A DNA stretch of 64,000 nt from Acidobacteriota bacterium (GCA_965209055.1 OZ242374.1:1824001-1888000); one strand, 5' to 3'. Positions 1-9,328 are shown, counted from the first letter of the stretch. The notes: generated from the sequence alone by a model not told the origin. Translations and numbers: made by a program.

Positions 1-1116
1 GGTACTGGCCGCTTGGGAGGCGTGCTGCGCTTCGAAATCCCATCCGTCGGTGTGGCGGGTGTGGGAGTCAGCGAGCCTGTCAGCGACGCCATCTTCCCGG
101 CTCGGCGGATGGCGGGTGGCATCCGCACGGGCGCGGCGATTCGAAACCTCAACGCCGACGCCATGACGATCAACTGCATGCTGATGCAGGACGGTGAGGT
201 GATGGATACGGCCACGGGTGAGTTGAGTGGAGACGGCCATGTTGCCCTGTTCATCGACGAGATGTTCCCGGGTTCGAATACGACCGACTTTGTAGGATCT
301 GTGCGCTGCACAGCCGACGATGGGATGTTCGCAGGAGTTGCATTGGAAATGGATCTCGCCAACGGGATCTTTACCACGCTCCCGCTGGTGTCCCTGGACA
401 CTGGCGCCGATAGCGGCGGATCAATGATGTTGAACTTCGCGCACTTCGCCAACGGCGATTTCGGAGGAACGGCAACGAGTTCCGACCTGGTCTTCGTCAA
501 CGTGGCCACCTCGGCGGTGGCCCCGGCCATTCACTTCTACGATCAGGACGGCGAGATGATCGCAGCCGATATGGTCGTGGATGCGATGATGGAAGGTGTT
601 GAGGTCGGCGAAGACGGCGCTCTGACGGTCACGGACGAGATCCCGCCCATGGGCGAAATGACCATCTCCACCAGTGGCATGGGCGACGGCATAGTCGGCT
701 CGGTAAGAGTCGTCTCCGACGGACCCATCGGCGGAGTCCTCCGCTTCGACATCCCCAACATCGGGGTCGCCGGAGTGGGTGCAAGCAAGGCCGTCAACGC
801 CGCCATCTTCCCGGCCCGCCGCATGGCGGACGGCATCAACACCGGTGCCGCCATCCGCAACCTCATGCCGGACATGACGATGGTGACCTGCCGCTTGATG
901 GCGGGAGGACAGAGGATGGGCGAGGCGTCGATCCCTCTGGCCGGCAATGGCCAGAACTCCCAGTTCATCAACGAGATGTTCCCGAACGCCAACACGGACG
1001 ACTTCGAAGGCTCGGTCCACTGCGCCGCGTCAGGGTCGATGTTCACCGGCGTGGCTCTGGAGATGGACTTCAACAACGGGATCTTCACCACCCTCCCGGT
1101 GGTATCGGTGCAGTGA
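1..1116 (+). CDS. 3' part of a probably exported repeat protein (two ~240-aa-spaced copies of a beta-rich domain); 5' end outside window
   Basis: Open frame from window edge; internal repeat GGVLRFEIPSVGVAGVG...GIFTTLPLV / GGVLRFDIPNIGVAGVG...GIFTTLPVV; acidic, Gly/Met-rich. Confidence 0.75.
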   Translation, partial: GTGRLGGVLRFEIPSVGVAGVGVSEPVSDAIFPARRMAGGIRTGAAIRNLNADAMTINCMLMQDGEVMDTATGELSGDGHVALFIDEMFPGSNTTDFVGSVRCTADDGMFAGVALEMDLANGIFTTLPLVSLDTGADSGGSMMLNFAHFANGDFGGTATSSDLVFVNVATSAVAPAIHFYDQDGEMIAADMVVDAMMEGVEVGEDGALTVTDEIPPMGEMTISTSGMGDGIVGSVRVVSDGPIGGVLRFDIPNIGVAGVGASKAVNAAIFPARRMADGINTGAAIRNLMPDMTMVTCRLMAGGQRMGEASIPLAGNGQNSQFINEMFPNANTDDFEGSVHCAASGSMFTGVALEMDFNNGIFTTLPVVSVQ

Positions 1117-1158
1117 TTGCCTCCATGGAGTGAAGGCAGACCATTCTCTTTGCGTGAT

Positions 1159-1190
1159 GGGGGGAGGCGGCCGAATGGCCGTCCTCCTCC
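1159..1190 (+). terminator. GC-rich hairpin after the first gene, possible terminator
   Basis: ggaggcggcc-gaat-ggccgtcctcc imperfect stem; no immediate U-tract. Confidence 0.35.
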
Positions 1191-1275
1191 CGCCTCAGAT
1201 CCTCTTTTCCCTGCTGATCGAACGGCATTGGTTGAACGACTGCGACCCTCCCGGGCGGATGGGTGAGGGGGAGTA

Positions 1276-1845
1276 GTGGGCACGTGTGCCGTCCCCGGAT
1301 GTGAATCAGACGCGGTATTCAAGGGGCTGTGCATGTCCCATTACTCGAAGCTCCGCAACTCCGGATGGTCGATGACCTTCGAGGAGCTGGCGGCCTTCAA
1401 GCCGAATCGTGGGAGACTGCACCCGGACACCAAGGCCCGTGTGGAGTCCCTCAATGCCCGAGGGCTGGACATGAAGCAGATCGCCAGGCATCTGGGCGTG
1501 AGTTGGTCTGCCGTGAGATCGTGGCGGGCAAAGGGGTACTTCACCTATACCGATCCGATGTTCAATCGGACCTGCGACGTCGCCGGGTGCGATCGGGATC
1601 ACGACTCTCATGGGATGTGTAACACGCACCTGCAGCGGTGGATTCGATCCGGCCGGAGGTTGACCTTTGAGGAGTTGGCGGCGCCACCCGTGGAGCCCGG
1701 CCGCGGAAGGACGAAGTTCACCCCTGAGCGGAAGGCCTTGGTGGTGTCCCTTCGAAGCAAGGGCATGAATTGGACCGCAGTGGCAAGGCAGGTGGGAGTC
1801 AGCCCATACACGTTGCTGAAATGGAGAAAGAAGGGTTGGCTTTAA
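1276..1845 (+). CDS. Tandem (C-x4-C-x9-C-x2-H Zn finger + HTH) x2 putative DNA-binding protein
   Basis: CAVPGC..GLCMSHY and CDVAGC..GMCNTHL, each followed by TFEELAA and an HTH-like segment (IARHLGVSWSAVRSW; VARQVGVSPYTLLKW); GTG start behind purine-rich RBS. Confidence 0.75.
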   Translation: MGTCAVPGCESDAVFKGLCMSHYSKLRNSGWSMTFEELAAFKPNRGRLHPDTKARVESLNARGLDMKQIARHLGVSWSAVRSWRAKGYFTYTDPMFNRTCDVAGCDRDHDSHGMCNTHLQRWIRSGRRLTFEELAAPPVEPGRGRTKFTPERKALVVSLRSKGMNWTAVARQVGVSPYTLLKWRKKGWL

Positions 1846-1871
1846 ATTCGACTTTCCTTCCGAGTTAAGTT

Positions 1872-2305
1872 CACTCTCTGAGTGATAGTTGATCGCCGTC
1901 GAGCCTGTGATCCCATGTCAATTCCTGATAGGAAGTAATCTGTGCTGCGGACACAGTCGAGGATCTTCGACCGCTACGCGGCGCGGTTGACGCGTCTTGG
2001 CCGGTGTCTTCGCTTCGGTTCCGAAGCTCCTCTGCGGGAACTGGTGCTCCCATCTGAGTACCGGACCGGGGTTGGCAGATCTTCCAAGCCTGCCGGACGG
2101 CTTCCACAACCTAACGACACAGGGACGGTTGAGCTTCGCGCAGGGTCTTTCCGTCTGACGAATTACGCGCCGTGCAAGCTCACGCGAGTCCATGATCTGC
2201 CGAGACTGAGTCGACACGGGACGGTACAGAATCGCGTCCACACTGCCTCTTCGCCCGGAATGAGGTCCACTCTCTGAGTGATCGTCTATCGTCGTCGGGC
2301 CTGTG
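1872..2305. repeat. 38-bp imperfect direct repeat pair (1872-1909 and 2268-2305)
   Basis: cactctctgagtgatagttgatcgccgtcgagcctgtg vs cactctctgagtgatcgtctatcgtcgtcgggcctgtg (33/38, first 15 nt identical); contains palindrome cactc-tct-gagtg. Confidence 0.8.
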
Positions 2306-2438
2306 GGAAAGTGGAACCTCGAAGGGTTTTCCGTGGCTCCCAGCGGGCCGTCTTTTCCATGGACCTCCGCCTACTCTCTGCCGACCTCGTCGCTAGGTCA
2401 ATTCTGCAAAGCTCAGTGAGACCGTTGTGATTGAGCCG

Positions 2439-2753
2439 TTAGTCCCACTCCCCCTCGGCATCCCTTTGCAAGGCTTCGGCGAGTTTCCGGTCTCCCTCCC
2501 CGCGCCGGATGGAGCGCTCGACCAGGTCCACCTTCCGCCCCAGATCGGCCAGACCGACGGCCCGCGCCGCCCCGTAGAAGACGGCGGCGACGGCCGCCAG
2601 AGCCAGTCCCACGTGCACGGCAATGCTCACGCCGTACTCGGCCAGGATCACCCGCCAGTACGGCGCGAGATAGTCGAGGCGAGCACCGACCAACAGAAGT
2701 GCTACCCCGGCCACGGAGACGGTCAAGCCGACGCTGACTCTCCAGGCTTGCAT
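2439..2753 (-). CDS. Small two-TM membrane protein, last gene of the element operon
   Basis: Two hydrophobic segments; GGAG RBS; starts 6 nt after the relaxase-like gene stop. Confidence 0.65.
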   Translation of the reverse strand: MQAWRVSVGLTVSVAGVALLLVGARLDYLAPYWRVILAEYGVSIAVHVGLALAAVAAVFYGAARAVGLADLGRKVDLVERSIRRGEGDRKLAEALQRDAEGEWD

Positions 2754-2759
2754 TGTCTC

Positions 2760-3644
2760 CTACAACTCGAAGGCGGCTCGGTCCCTCTGGGCGGGACCTT
2801 TGGTGCCGTCGTGTCCCTCGCCCTGCCCACCACTGAGCGCCCGGAGCACTCGTGTCTTGGCCGAGCCCGTGGCGTGGATCGCAAACCCCGCAGCGGATTT
2901 GGCGACGATGGCTTTGTCCCGGTAGTTCTGGGAAGCGACCTCCACATTGACCCTTCCGGTGTGCCCGCGCTGGTCCGTGTATTCGATCTGGGCGTCCGGA
3001 TAGTGCACCCGTCCTTGCTCATCGACGGGCAGGCCCAACTCCTCGGCAACCCTTCGCCGCATTGAGTCAGCAGCCTCTTTGCCCTCCTGCACCCGCGCCC
3101 TCTCGCTACGGCGAGCGACGGCGCTCTTGAGTTCCGAGTCGATGCGGATGCGCACGACGGTGGCTCCTTGACCGGCCAGCCGCCGCCGTTCGACCCCGCA
3201 GGCCCGGTAGACTTCCGTGTCGTGGCTCAGCTCGGAGCGCTTGACCAACCCGGACCAAGTTCGTTGGTTCGGGTCAAGGCCCCGGTTGACGGCGGCCCTC
3301 CGGGCCTGTTTGGCGCCTTTCCGGGTCAGCGTCAGCACCTTGAAGGTCCCGCCCTTCGGCCCCCTGGCCTTGTGCTCGCGCATCATTCCGGTTCGGATCC
3401 AGCGATTCACGGCCCGCCGGGTCGTGTACGGGTGGCCCCCGAAGTGGGCCTCGGCCAGGTCCCGATAGGAGACGCTGCGGTAGATGCCGACATCCGCCAG
3501 CGCGCGCTCGGACCGCTCCCGAAAGGAGACCCGCTCGCCACGGGCGCGCGGGTCATACTCCCGGCGGTGGCCGTCCCTCAAACGGGCCGGAGTGAGAGTC
3601 ACGGAGTTTCGTTCCCGGGCCGCATTGAGCGTCCGCTCCAGCAT
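2760..3644 (-). CDS. wHTH + PD-(D/E)XK nuclease, Replic_Relax/MOBC-like relaxase candidate
   Basis: N-terminal wHTH-like region; ELSHD, YPDAQIEY and NVEV...Y...K motifs; GGAGG RBS. Confidence 0.7.
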   Translation of the reverse strand: MLERTLNAARERNSVTLTPARLRDGHRREYDPRARGERVSFRERSERALADVGIYRSVSYRDLAEAHFGGHPYTTRRAVNRWIRTGMMREHKARGPKGGTFKVLTLTRKGAKQARRAAVNRGLDPNQRTWSGLVKRSELSHDTEVYRACGVERRRLAGQGATVVRIRIDSELKSAVARRSERARVQEGKEAADSMRRRVAEELGLPVDEQGRVHYPDAQIEYTDQRGHTGRVNVEVASQNYRDKAIVAKSAAGFAIHATGSAKTRVLRALSGGQGEGHDGTKGPAQRDRAAFEL

Positions 3645-3666
3645 CGTTCAGTGCCTCCCGCTTCGA

Positions 3667-4749
3667 TTATCGGCTCGGGCTGATGTTTCGGGACGGGATG
3701 GGAACGGCCCTCGCCTGCCGGACGGCGACCTGGAAGGACCGGTCCTGGTCCGGCTGCCGGGCAGGGTCCGTCGGGGCCGGGGAAGCGACGTCCTTCGCGG
3801 CTTCCGGCTCTCGTTCCGCTTCACGCTGCCGGGTGTGCTCCAGGATGTAGTCGGAGATCTTCTGCGCGTCGGCCGCCGCCCGGCGGATCTCCCGGGGGTC
3901 CTTCTCCAGGACCTCGACCCAGCTTTCCACATAGGCGGCCCCACGGCTCGGATCGTGACCGATCCCGATCCGCTCGCCCGTCATCATGGCGCTGATCTCC
4001 GCCCGCAGCTCCTCCCGGGCATAGATCTGGGAGCCGAAGCCGGCCTCGACGCCTTGGATCAGCGACTCGCGGTTCATGCGCTCCGGGTGTCCGGTGGCAT
4101 GTCCCACCTCGTGCAGCGCCGTCTGGTAGTACTGGTTGGCCGACGGAAACTGCTCCCACTTCGGCAGGACGATGTCGTCGGTCTTGAGCCGGTAGTAGGC
4201 CCGGTCCCCCTCGACGTGGCGGATGTCCACGCCGCATTGCTTCAGGACCTTGTCGGCCTCCAGGTGGACATCCCAGATCGCCTTCTCGGGAGTTTCCGGG
4301 GGCGAGGGAAGCCGGTTGGCCTGCTCGGCGTTGAACACGGTGTAGCGCTTGATCCAGGGCGCAGGGAGGCGCTCGTACCGGTAGACCTGCCGGTTGTTCT
4401 CGTCGGTGACGGGACGTCCCTGCGGGTCCTTGACGGCGACGCGCCGGTGGTCCTGGTAGGAGAGGATCCGGGTGCCGCGTTCGCCTTTTCGCACGTGGCC
4501 CCCTTGCATCTGGATCTGCCGGTAGGTTCCCCAGCGCGTGTCCGAGTAGCCGCGTTCCTCGGCCACCACGGCCAGATGCAGGCTGTTGCCGCCGGCGTAG
4601 GGACGGTCGGTGTGGAGGTTGTGCGGCAGGACGCGCTCGCCCGGCTTCCAGGGCTTTTGCCAGGGGGCCACGCCCCGCTTGATCTGATCGATGATCCGGT
4701 CGGCGAATTGCCGGTGATATTCCTCGGCCGTCATCTTCTTCTTACTCAT
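3667..4749 (-). CDS. ardC: ArdC-family antirestriction protein (ssDNA-binding domain + zincin-like metallopeptidase)
   Basis: PWQKPW, YAGGN, WGTYRQ, VRKGERG, VFNAEQ, HEVGHATGH, YAREELRAE motifs. Confidence 0.9.
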   Translation of the reverse strand: MSKKKMTAEEYHRQFADRIIDQIKRGVAPWQKPWKPGERVLPHNLHTDRPYAGGNSLHLAVVAEERGYSDTRWGTYRQIQMQGGHVRKGERGTRILSYQDHRRVAVKDPQGRPVTDENNRQVYRYERLPAPWIKRYTVFNAEQANRLPSPPETPEKAIWDVHLEADKVLKQCGVDIRHVEGDRAYYRLKTDDIVLPKWEQFPSANQYYQTALHEVGHATGHPERMNRESLIQGVEAGFGSQIYAREELRAEISAMMTGERIGIGHDPSRGAAYVESWVEVLEKDPREIRRAAADAQKISDYILEHTRQREAEREPEAAKDVASPAPTDPARQPDQDRSFQVAVRQARAVPIPSRNISPSR

Positions 4750-4930
4750 TGGTGTCCGCCTCCCGCTGGGCTTGCCGGATCTGGTCCTCGCTGCCCACGT
4801 CTTCCGGGAAGATGCCGTATTCCCGGGCCAGCTCGGCCGGGACCTCCAGGGTCTCGTCCCCGTCCCGGGCGAGCTCCCGGTCGAACTCCTCCAGCGTCTT
4901 CACCCGTATTACGTTCTCGTTGTCCGTCAT
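4742..4930 (-). CDS. Small acidic hypothetical protein (62 aa)
   Basis: GGAGGTG RBS before ATG 4930; stop overlaps ardC start. Confidence 0.6.
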   Translation of the reverse strand: MTDNENVIRVKTLEEFDRELARDGDETLEVPAELAREYGIFPEDVGSEDQIRQAQREADTNE

Positions 4931-5055
4931 CGCGTCACCTCCAGTTTCAGTTCGTAAGGGCCACAAATTCAGTAAGAGCGTTCACCGCCGCACCAAGAGG
5001 GTTACCAACGCGCCGATCGCAACCCCGTAAAGGAACACGACAATGACCTCCTCAC

Positions 5056-6012
5056 TCATGATTCCTCCCAGATCGATGTGGTGTGCCATTGGTTCTCAAT
5101 CGCCTCATATCCTTGGACCAGCAAGGCCTCCTCGACGAATCGCCGGCCCTCCCGGCGCGTCATGTGAATGACCATGGCGATGCCGTCCACGACGGAGCGG
5201 CAGGTCACGTCCCAGGGGATCTCCCCGCCGGCCTGCATGGCGCAACTGGCTAGGCGCGACAGGGCCGACGTGGCGTTGTTGGCGTGCACGGTCGTGAGCG
5301 AGCCGCCGTGACCGGTGTTGAGGGCTTGCAGCAGATCCGCCGCCTCGCCGCCTCGCACCTCTCCCACGACGATGTGATCGGGCCGGTGGCGCAGGGCGTG
5401 CCGGACCAGGTCCCGGATGGTCACGGCGCCTTTCTCCAGTTGGCCCGCCTCGAACCGGAGACAGTTGGAGCGTTCGATGCGAAGCTCCAGGGTGTCCTCG
5501 ATGGCGACGATCCGTTCGTCACGAGGCAGCAGCTCGACCAGCGCATTGAGCAGCGTGGTCTTGCCCGAGCCGGTGCCTCCGGACACCAGGATGTTTCGCC
5601 GGCCCCGCAGCACATCATGCGCAGATCTGAAGACCTTCCCGGGCAGAGCGCCCTGCCGCACCAGATCCTGGGCGGTGAATGCCCGTCCCCCGAAGCGGCG
5701 CACCGTGATGGCCACCTCGGGACTGGCCGGGGGCACGCAGATGGCGACGCGGGACCCGTCGGCCAGGCGCGCATCGATGATGGGGTGTGCGGCCGGATCG
5801 AGTCCCAGCGGCCGGGCGATGTGAATGGCCGCCCGCCGAAGGGTCGAGGAGTCCAGGAATGGCGCCTCGTGGGGAGAGAGCCGGCCGGCCTTCTCGATCC
5901 AGACGTTTCGGGGACCGTTGATCATCAGCTCGGAGACTTCCGAGTCGTCCAGGATGCTCTCCAGTCCGGGAAAGAAGGGCTTGAGATGCTCGATGCCGCT
6001 GGCCCGGTTCAT
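5056..6012 (-). CDS. virB11: VirB11/CpaF-family traffic ATPase
   Basis: Walker A GGTGSGKT, IEDTLEL, LRHRPDHIVVGEVRG, NTGHGGS..TVHA; start MNRASG overlaps virD4 stop (ATGA). Confidence 0.9.
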   Translation of the reverse strand: MNRASGIEHLKPFFPGLESILDDSEVSELMINGPRNVWIEKAGRLSPHEAPFLDSSTLRRAAIHIARPLGLDPAAHPIIDARLADGSRVAICVPPASPEVAITVRRFGGRAFTAQDLVRQGALPGKVFRSAHDVLRGRRNILVSGGTGSGKTTLLNALVELLPRDERIVAIEDTLELRIERSNCLRFEAGQLEKGAVTIRDLVRHALRHRPDHIVVGEVRGGEAADLLQALNTGHGGSLTTVHANNATSALSRLASCAMQAGGEIPWDVTCRSVVDGIAMVIHMTRREGRRFVEEALLVQGYEAIENQWHTTSIWEES

Positions 6013-8060
6013 ATCCGGCCCTCCTCGCGCATTCGCCAGTAGCCGAGTTCCTTCGGCAGGTAGTACGGCTTGAGGTAGACCCGCCGCGCGGGCAGGGACT
6101 GGGCGCCGTCGTACGGCAGGCAGATGGCCTGGTAGTTCGCGAGCAACGAGAAGTCCCGGGGCTGAAACACCGGCTCCCGGACCTGCCGGAAGGACTTGCT
6201 GGCGCCGACGCTGCCCCGCCCTCCCCCGGCCCGGGCCGAGAGCAACGAGACTTCGGGCCGGGAGGTGTTCTCGGTGAACGTGTAGGAGGGTTTCATCCGG
6301 GGCACGGTTCCGCACAGTTCCGACGCGATCCGGGCCGAAGCCTCGTCGGACAGCGACAGGAAGATCCGGGTGCGGAGCGTCTGGATCAGGGTGCGCCAGC
6401 CCTCCGATCCGCCCAGGACCGAGCGCAGAGAGGAGATGGACTGGGTGGCCAGGATCGGGATGCAGCGGCACTGCCGGCTCAGGGCGAAGGACTTTTCGTC
6501 TCCGGAAGGGTCGTCCTCGCCCACCGAGGCGAAGGCCTGGTATTCGTCGCAGATGAAGATGGCCGGCCGGTAGTAGGCATCGGGACGGCGGGCCATCTGG
6601 GCGGGCCGGCGCAGGAGCGCCTGCATCCAGGCGTTCTTGAGCAGCACCCCGACGGTGCGCGACAGGGCCGGGTTGGCCCCGGCCGGCATGTTCAAGGCTA
6701 GGACCTTCCCCGATTCGATGAGATCGTCCAGTGGAGGCAGACGGCGGCGAATGGGTACGGTCGGGACATCCGGGCCAGCTTCTCCGTCCCCCTCGTTCCC
6801 CGATTTCTTCTGTGAGACCGCAGAATGGTTCGTGGCCTGGGGCGGGGCCGGACAGAAGATGGCGGCCACCTCGGGCATGTCGAAGAGCGAGAGGAACACG
6901 GAGATGCCCTCGACGATGGTGGTGCGCACCTTGGCGTCCAGCGCCACCCAGTCGTTTCGATACCAGCGGCCGATGGCCTCGACCCGCTCGCGCAGTTCGA
7001 CTCCGGGGCCGTCCTTGGCCCATTCCGTGCGAGCGGCGACGCCGGTCTCGGCCAGACGGTCCCTCAGCGCCGGATTCAGGCCACAGGTGGCCTGCCCCGC
7101 GTCCAGGTCGACATCCCAGTCCCACTCGATCAACCGGTCCTTGTGGGCAAATAGGTCCTTCGATGAGATGGTGACTTGCGCCTTGCAGACTCGGGCCGCC
7201 AGCCTCTCGGCCTCCCCGATCTTTTCCGCGAACAGTTCGGCGTCGATGGTGCAGCGGTAGACGTCTTGCAGGGTGACCCACCGTCCGGGCAAGATTCGAT
7301 GCAGGTCGATGATCCAGCGCACCAGGTTGGTGTAGGCCTGTTGCCAGAACGGCTCCTTGCTCTTTCCGAAGAGTTGGTTGAGGAGGGTCGAGATCGTGTA
7401 GGCGAGCGAGTAGGAGTCCAGGGCGGGATCATCCAGCGGGTTCCACTGCCAGGGACTCTCCAGTCCGATCTCCAGATAGTCTTCGCCCCGTCCGGCCTCG
7501 TCGAGGATCCGGCGCACGTCGTGGCAGAAATCGCCCTTGACCTCCAGCACCAGGCCGGCGGCCCGGTGCTGGGTCTGATCGGCCTGCCAGGACAGGATCT
7601 GTCGCGCGAACGGGTGCATGCAGGCCGAAGTCTTGCCGCTCCCGACGGCCCCGAAGATCAGGACGCCGGTATAGAGGCCGCGCTCGGGAATGACCAGCCA
7701 CGACGGACCGGCGATCTCCCGGGCTTCCACCGGATGGTGCACTTCGCCCACCACGACGGACGGCACCTCGTCCTCGGAGGAAATCGGCCACTCGGGCAGG
7801 TCTCCTCGCATTTCGCCACCACCGGGCTGCGCCTCGAACCAGACCCGCCAGACGGAAAGCGAGACCAGTCCGGCGAGCAGAACGGCGGCGCCGGGAGCGC
7901 CGTAGTGCCAGGCTTCGATCACGGCGTGCAGCGTGGGGTCGTGATAGGCGATCAGGTCAAGCACGGGATTGTCTCCGGGCAGGGGAAACGGGTCGTACCG
8001 GGTGCGCCAGATCACCGCCGCCGCACCGGCTGGAACGAGCACCATGTGCCGCCACCTCAT
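6009..8060 (-). CDS. virD4: Type IV coupling protein (VirD4/TraG-like)
   Basis: N-terminal TM segments, GAVGSGKT, WNPLD, PFWQQA, ICDEYQ, ILATQS. Confidence 0.85.
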   Translation of the reverse strand: MRWRHMVLVPAGAAAVIWRTRYDPFPLPGDNPVLDLIAYHDPTLHAVIEAWHYGAPGAAVLLAGLVSLSVWRVWFEAQPGGGEMRGDLPEWPISSEDEVPSVVVGEVHHPVEAREIAGPSWLVIPERGLYTGVLIFGAVGSGKTSACMHPFARQILSWQADQTQHRAAGLVLEVKGDFCHDVRRILDEAGRGEDYLEIGLESPWQWNPLDDPALDSYSLAYTISTLLNQLFGKSKEPFWQQAYTNLVRWIIDLHRILPGRWVTLQDVYRCTIDAELFAEKIGEAERLAARVCKAQVTISSKDLFAHKDRLIEWDWDVDLDAGQATCGLNPALRDRLAETGVAARTEWAKDGPGVELRERVEAIGRWYRNDWVALDAKVRTTIVEGISVFLSLFDMPEVAAIFCPAPPQATNHSAVSQKKSGNEGDGEAGPDVPTVPIRRRLPPLDDLIESGKVLALNMPAGANPALSRTVGVLLKNAWMQALLRRPAQMARRPDAYYRPAIFICDEYQAFASVGEDDPSGDEKSFALSRQCRCIPILATQSISSLRSVLGGSEGWRTLIQTLRTRIFLSLSDEASARIASELCGTVPRMKPSYTFTENTSRPEVSLLSARAGGGRGSVGASKSFRQVREPVFQPRDFSLLANYQAICLPYDGAQSLPARRVYLKPYYLPKELGYWRMREEGRI

Positions 8061-8109
8061 CGAGTCTCTCTCCAGTGCTTCAGCGCGGCATTCGTGGGCC
8101 GTGCCATGG

Positions 8110-8395
8110 TTGTGGCCTTCCCGCAGGGATGATTGGGACGGGAGCGACCTCCCCGTGGGGATGTGACGCCAGTGCGCATCGCCACCCCGCGCCGTGCCGA
8201 TACGGGAGGCGAAAAGGGGGGGTCGCTCCCGTCCCCCTCCAAATTCCCCGAGCGGCACGAAGGGACCGAGGGGATCGGTGGTACCGTAGAAGGGACAACG
8301 AGATAGAGGACGGTGTCCGTGCACGTGAAAAGCTCATTTGCGTGCACATGCTTCCGTCTGTCCCATGTGCACGCCCCGAGCGGCACGGGACCCAC
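8110..8395. promoter_or_regulatory. Candidate oriT / structured intergenic region
   Basis: 15-bp perfect IR (8135-8149/8221-8235), 14-bp direct repeat ccccgagcggcacg (8246, 8374), 11-bp IR gcgtgcacatg (8340-8350/8364-8374). Confidence 0.5.
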
Positions 8396-9328
8396 TCAGA
8401 ATTGCTCAAAATCAGTCTCCAGCAACCGTTTCGTCTGCCAAGTCGAGTAGCCGTCGATCCCGAGCCTGAAGGAGCGGCCCTGGGACGACGTTTGCAATTC
8501 AATGGCCCGTTTCAGCGCCGGTGTGACCCCGCCGTAGACGTCCAGCGTCGCCTTGTCTCCCGAGAGCACGGCACGTTTGATCTTGGCGTACTCCCGGGCC
8601 GCCCCCGGGTCGCCTGAACGGGTCTTGGTTTCGGAGCCGGTGGCCCAGCGGCGCAACACTTTCTCCGCCCGCTCCAGGGCCCGGTCCTCCCGGGCCACGG
8701 CCGTGACCTGGACGGTCCGGCCCTTCCGGCGCAACGCCTCCCAGAGGCCCCGGTGCGCCGCTCCCCAGGAGCGCAGGGCCTTTCCGGTCGAGTACCCGGG
8801 ATCGATATGGACGAAGACCGCCCGTTTCCCGTCGACGGCCATCGGTAGCTTGAGGGCAAAGTAGCGCCGGGTGTCCCCCACGGCCCCCCGGTACACGCGC
8901 CGGGGAAGCCGCTTTCGCGGGATTCCCAACTTTTCGAAGCACCGGACCTTCTCCGGCTCGGTCGGAAGCCAGGCCGACTCCGGGTGCTCCAGCACGTAGT
9001 CCAGAGAGAGCAGCCTCCGAATCAGAACGTCCGGAGAAGAGTTCCGCCGGTGGCGGATGTGCTCCGCTCCCAATGCCCGGTAGATCCGCCGGCTGAAGAT
9101 GCGGCACACCTTTCGACTTTGAATGGTGTCCTCGGCAGCCACTCCATGCTCGATCAACGAGCGGACGAATCGCATTGCCCGCCAGCGATTGATCTGAAGG
9201 CAAGAGCACAGTTGCGCCCGCGTGAACACACCGCTGTGCAGACACACCAGGGCGATCCATTCCGCCTGCCGGCCCGTCCAGCCGAACTGTTGCAGCGCTT
9301 TCTCCCGGCCCTTGAGATGCTCGATCAC
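8396..9328 (-). CDS. Basic wHTH-type hypothetical protein in the T4SS operon, possible relaxosome accessory factor
   Basis: N-terminal wHTH-like HSGVFTRAQL...FVRSLIEHG; Arg-rich; GTG start overlaps virB8 stop. Confidence 0.7.
   Translation of the reverse strand: MIEHLKGREKALQQFGWTGRQAEWIALVCLHSGVFTRAQLCSCLQINRWRAMRFVRSLIEHGVAAEDTIQSRKVCRIFSRRIYRALGAEHIRHRRNSSPDVLIRRLLSLDYVLEHPESAWLPTEPEKVRCFEKLGIPRKRLPRRVYRGAVGDTRRYFALKLPMAVDGKRAVFVHIDPGYSTGKALRSWGAAHRGLWEALRRKGRTVQVTAVAREDRALERAEKVLRRWATGSETKTRSGDPGAAREYAKIKRAVLSGDKATLDVYGGVTPALKRAIELQTSSQGRSFRLGIDGYSTWQTKRLLETDFEQF

Noticed and set aside
1918-2277. Short ORFs between the 38-bp repeats
   Set aside because: No motifs, no clear RBS and atypical composition; not supportable as genes
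1872-2305. Degenerate CRISPR array
   Set aside because: Only two copies, 396 nt apart
5056-7281. 741-aa VirB11 with long N-terminal extension
   Set aside because: Extension overlaps virD4 in another frame; the likely start is 6012
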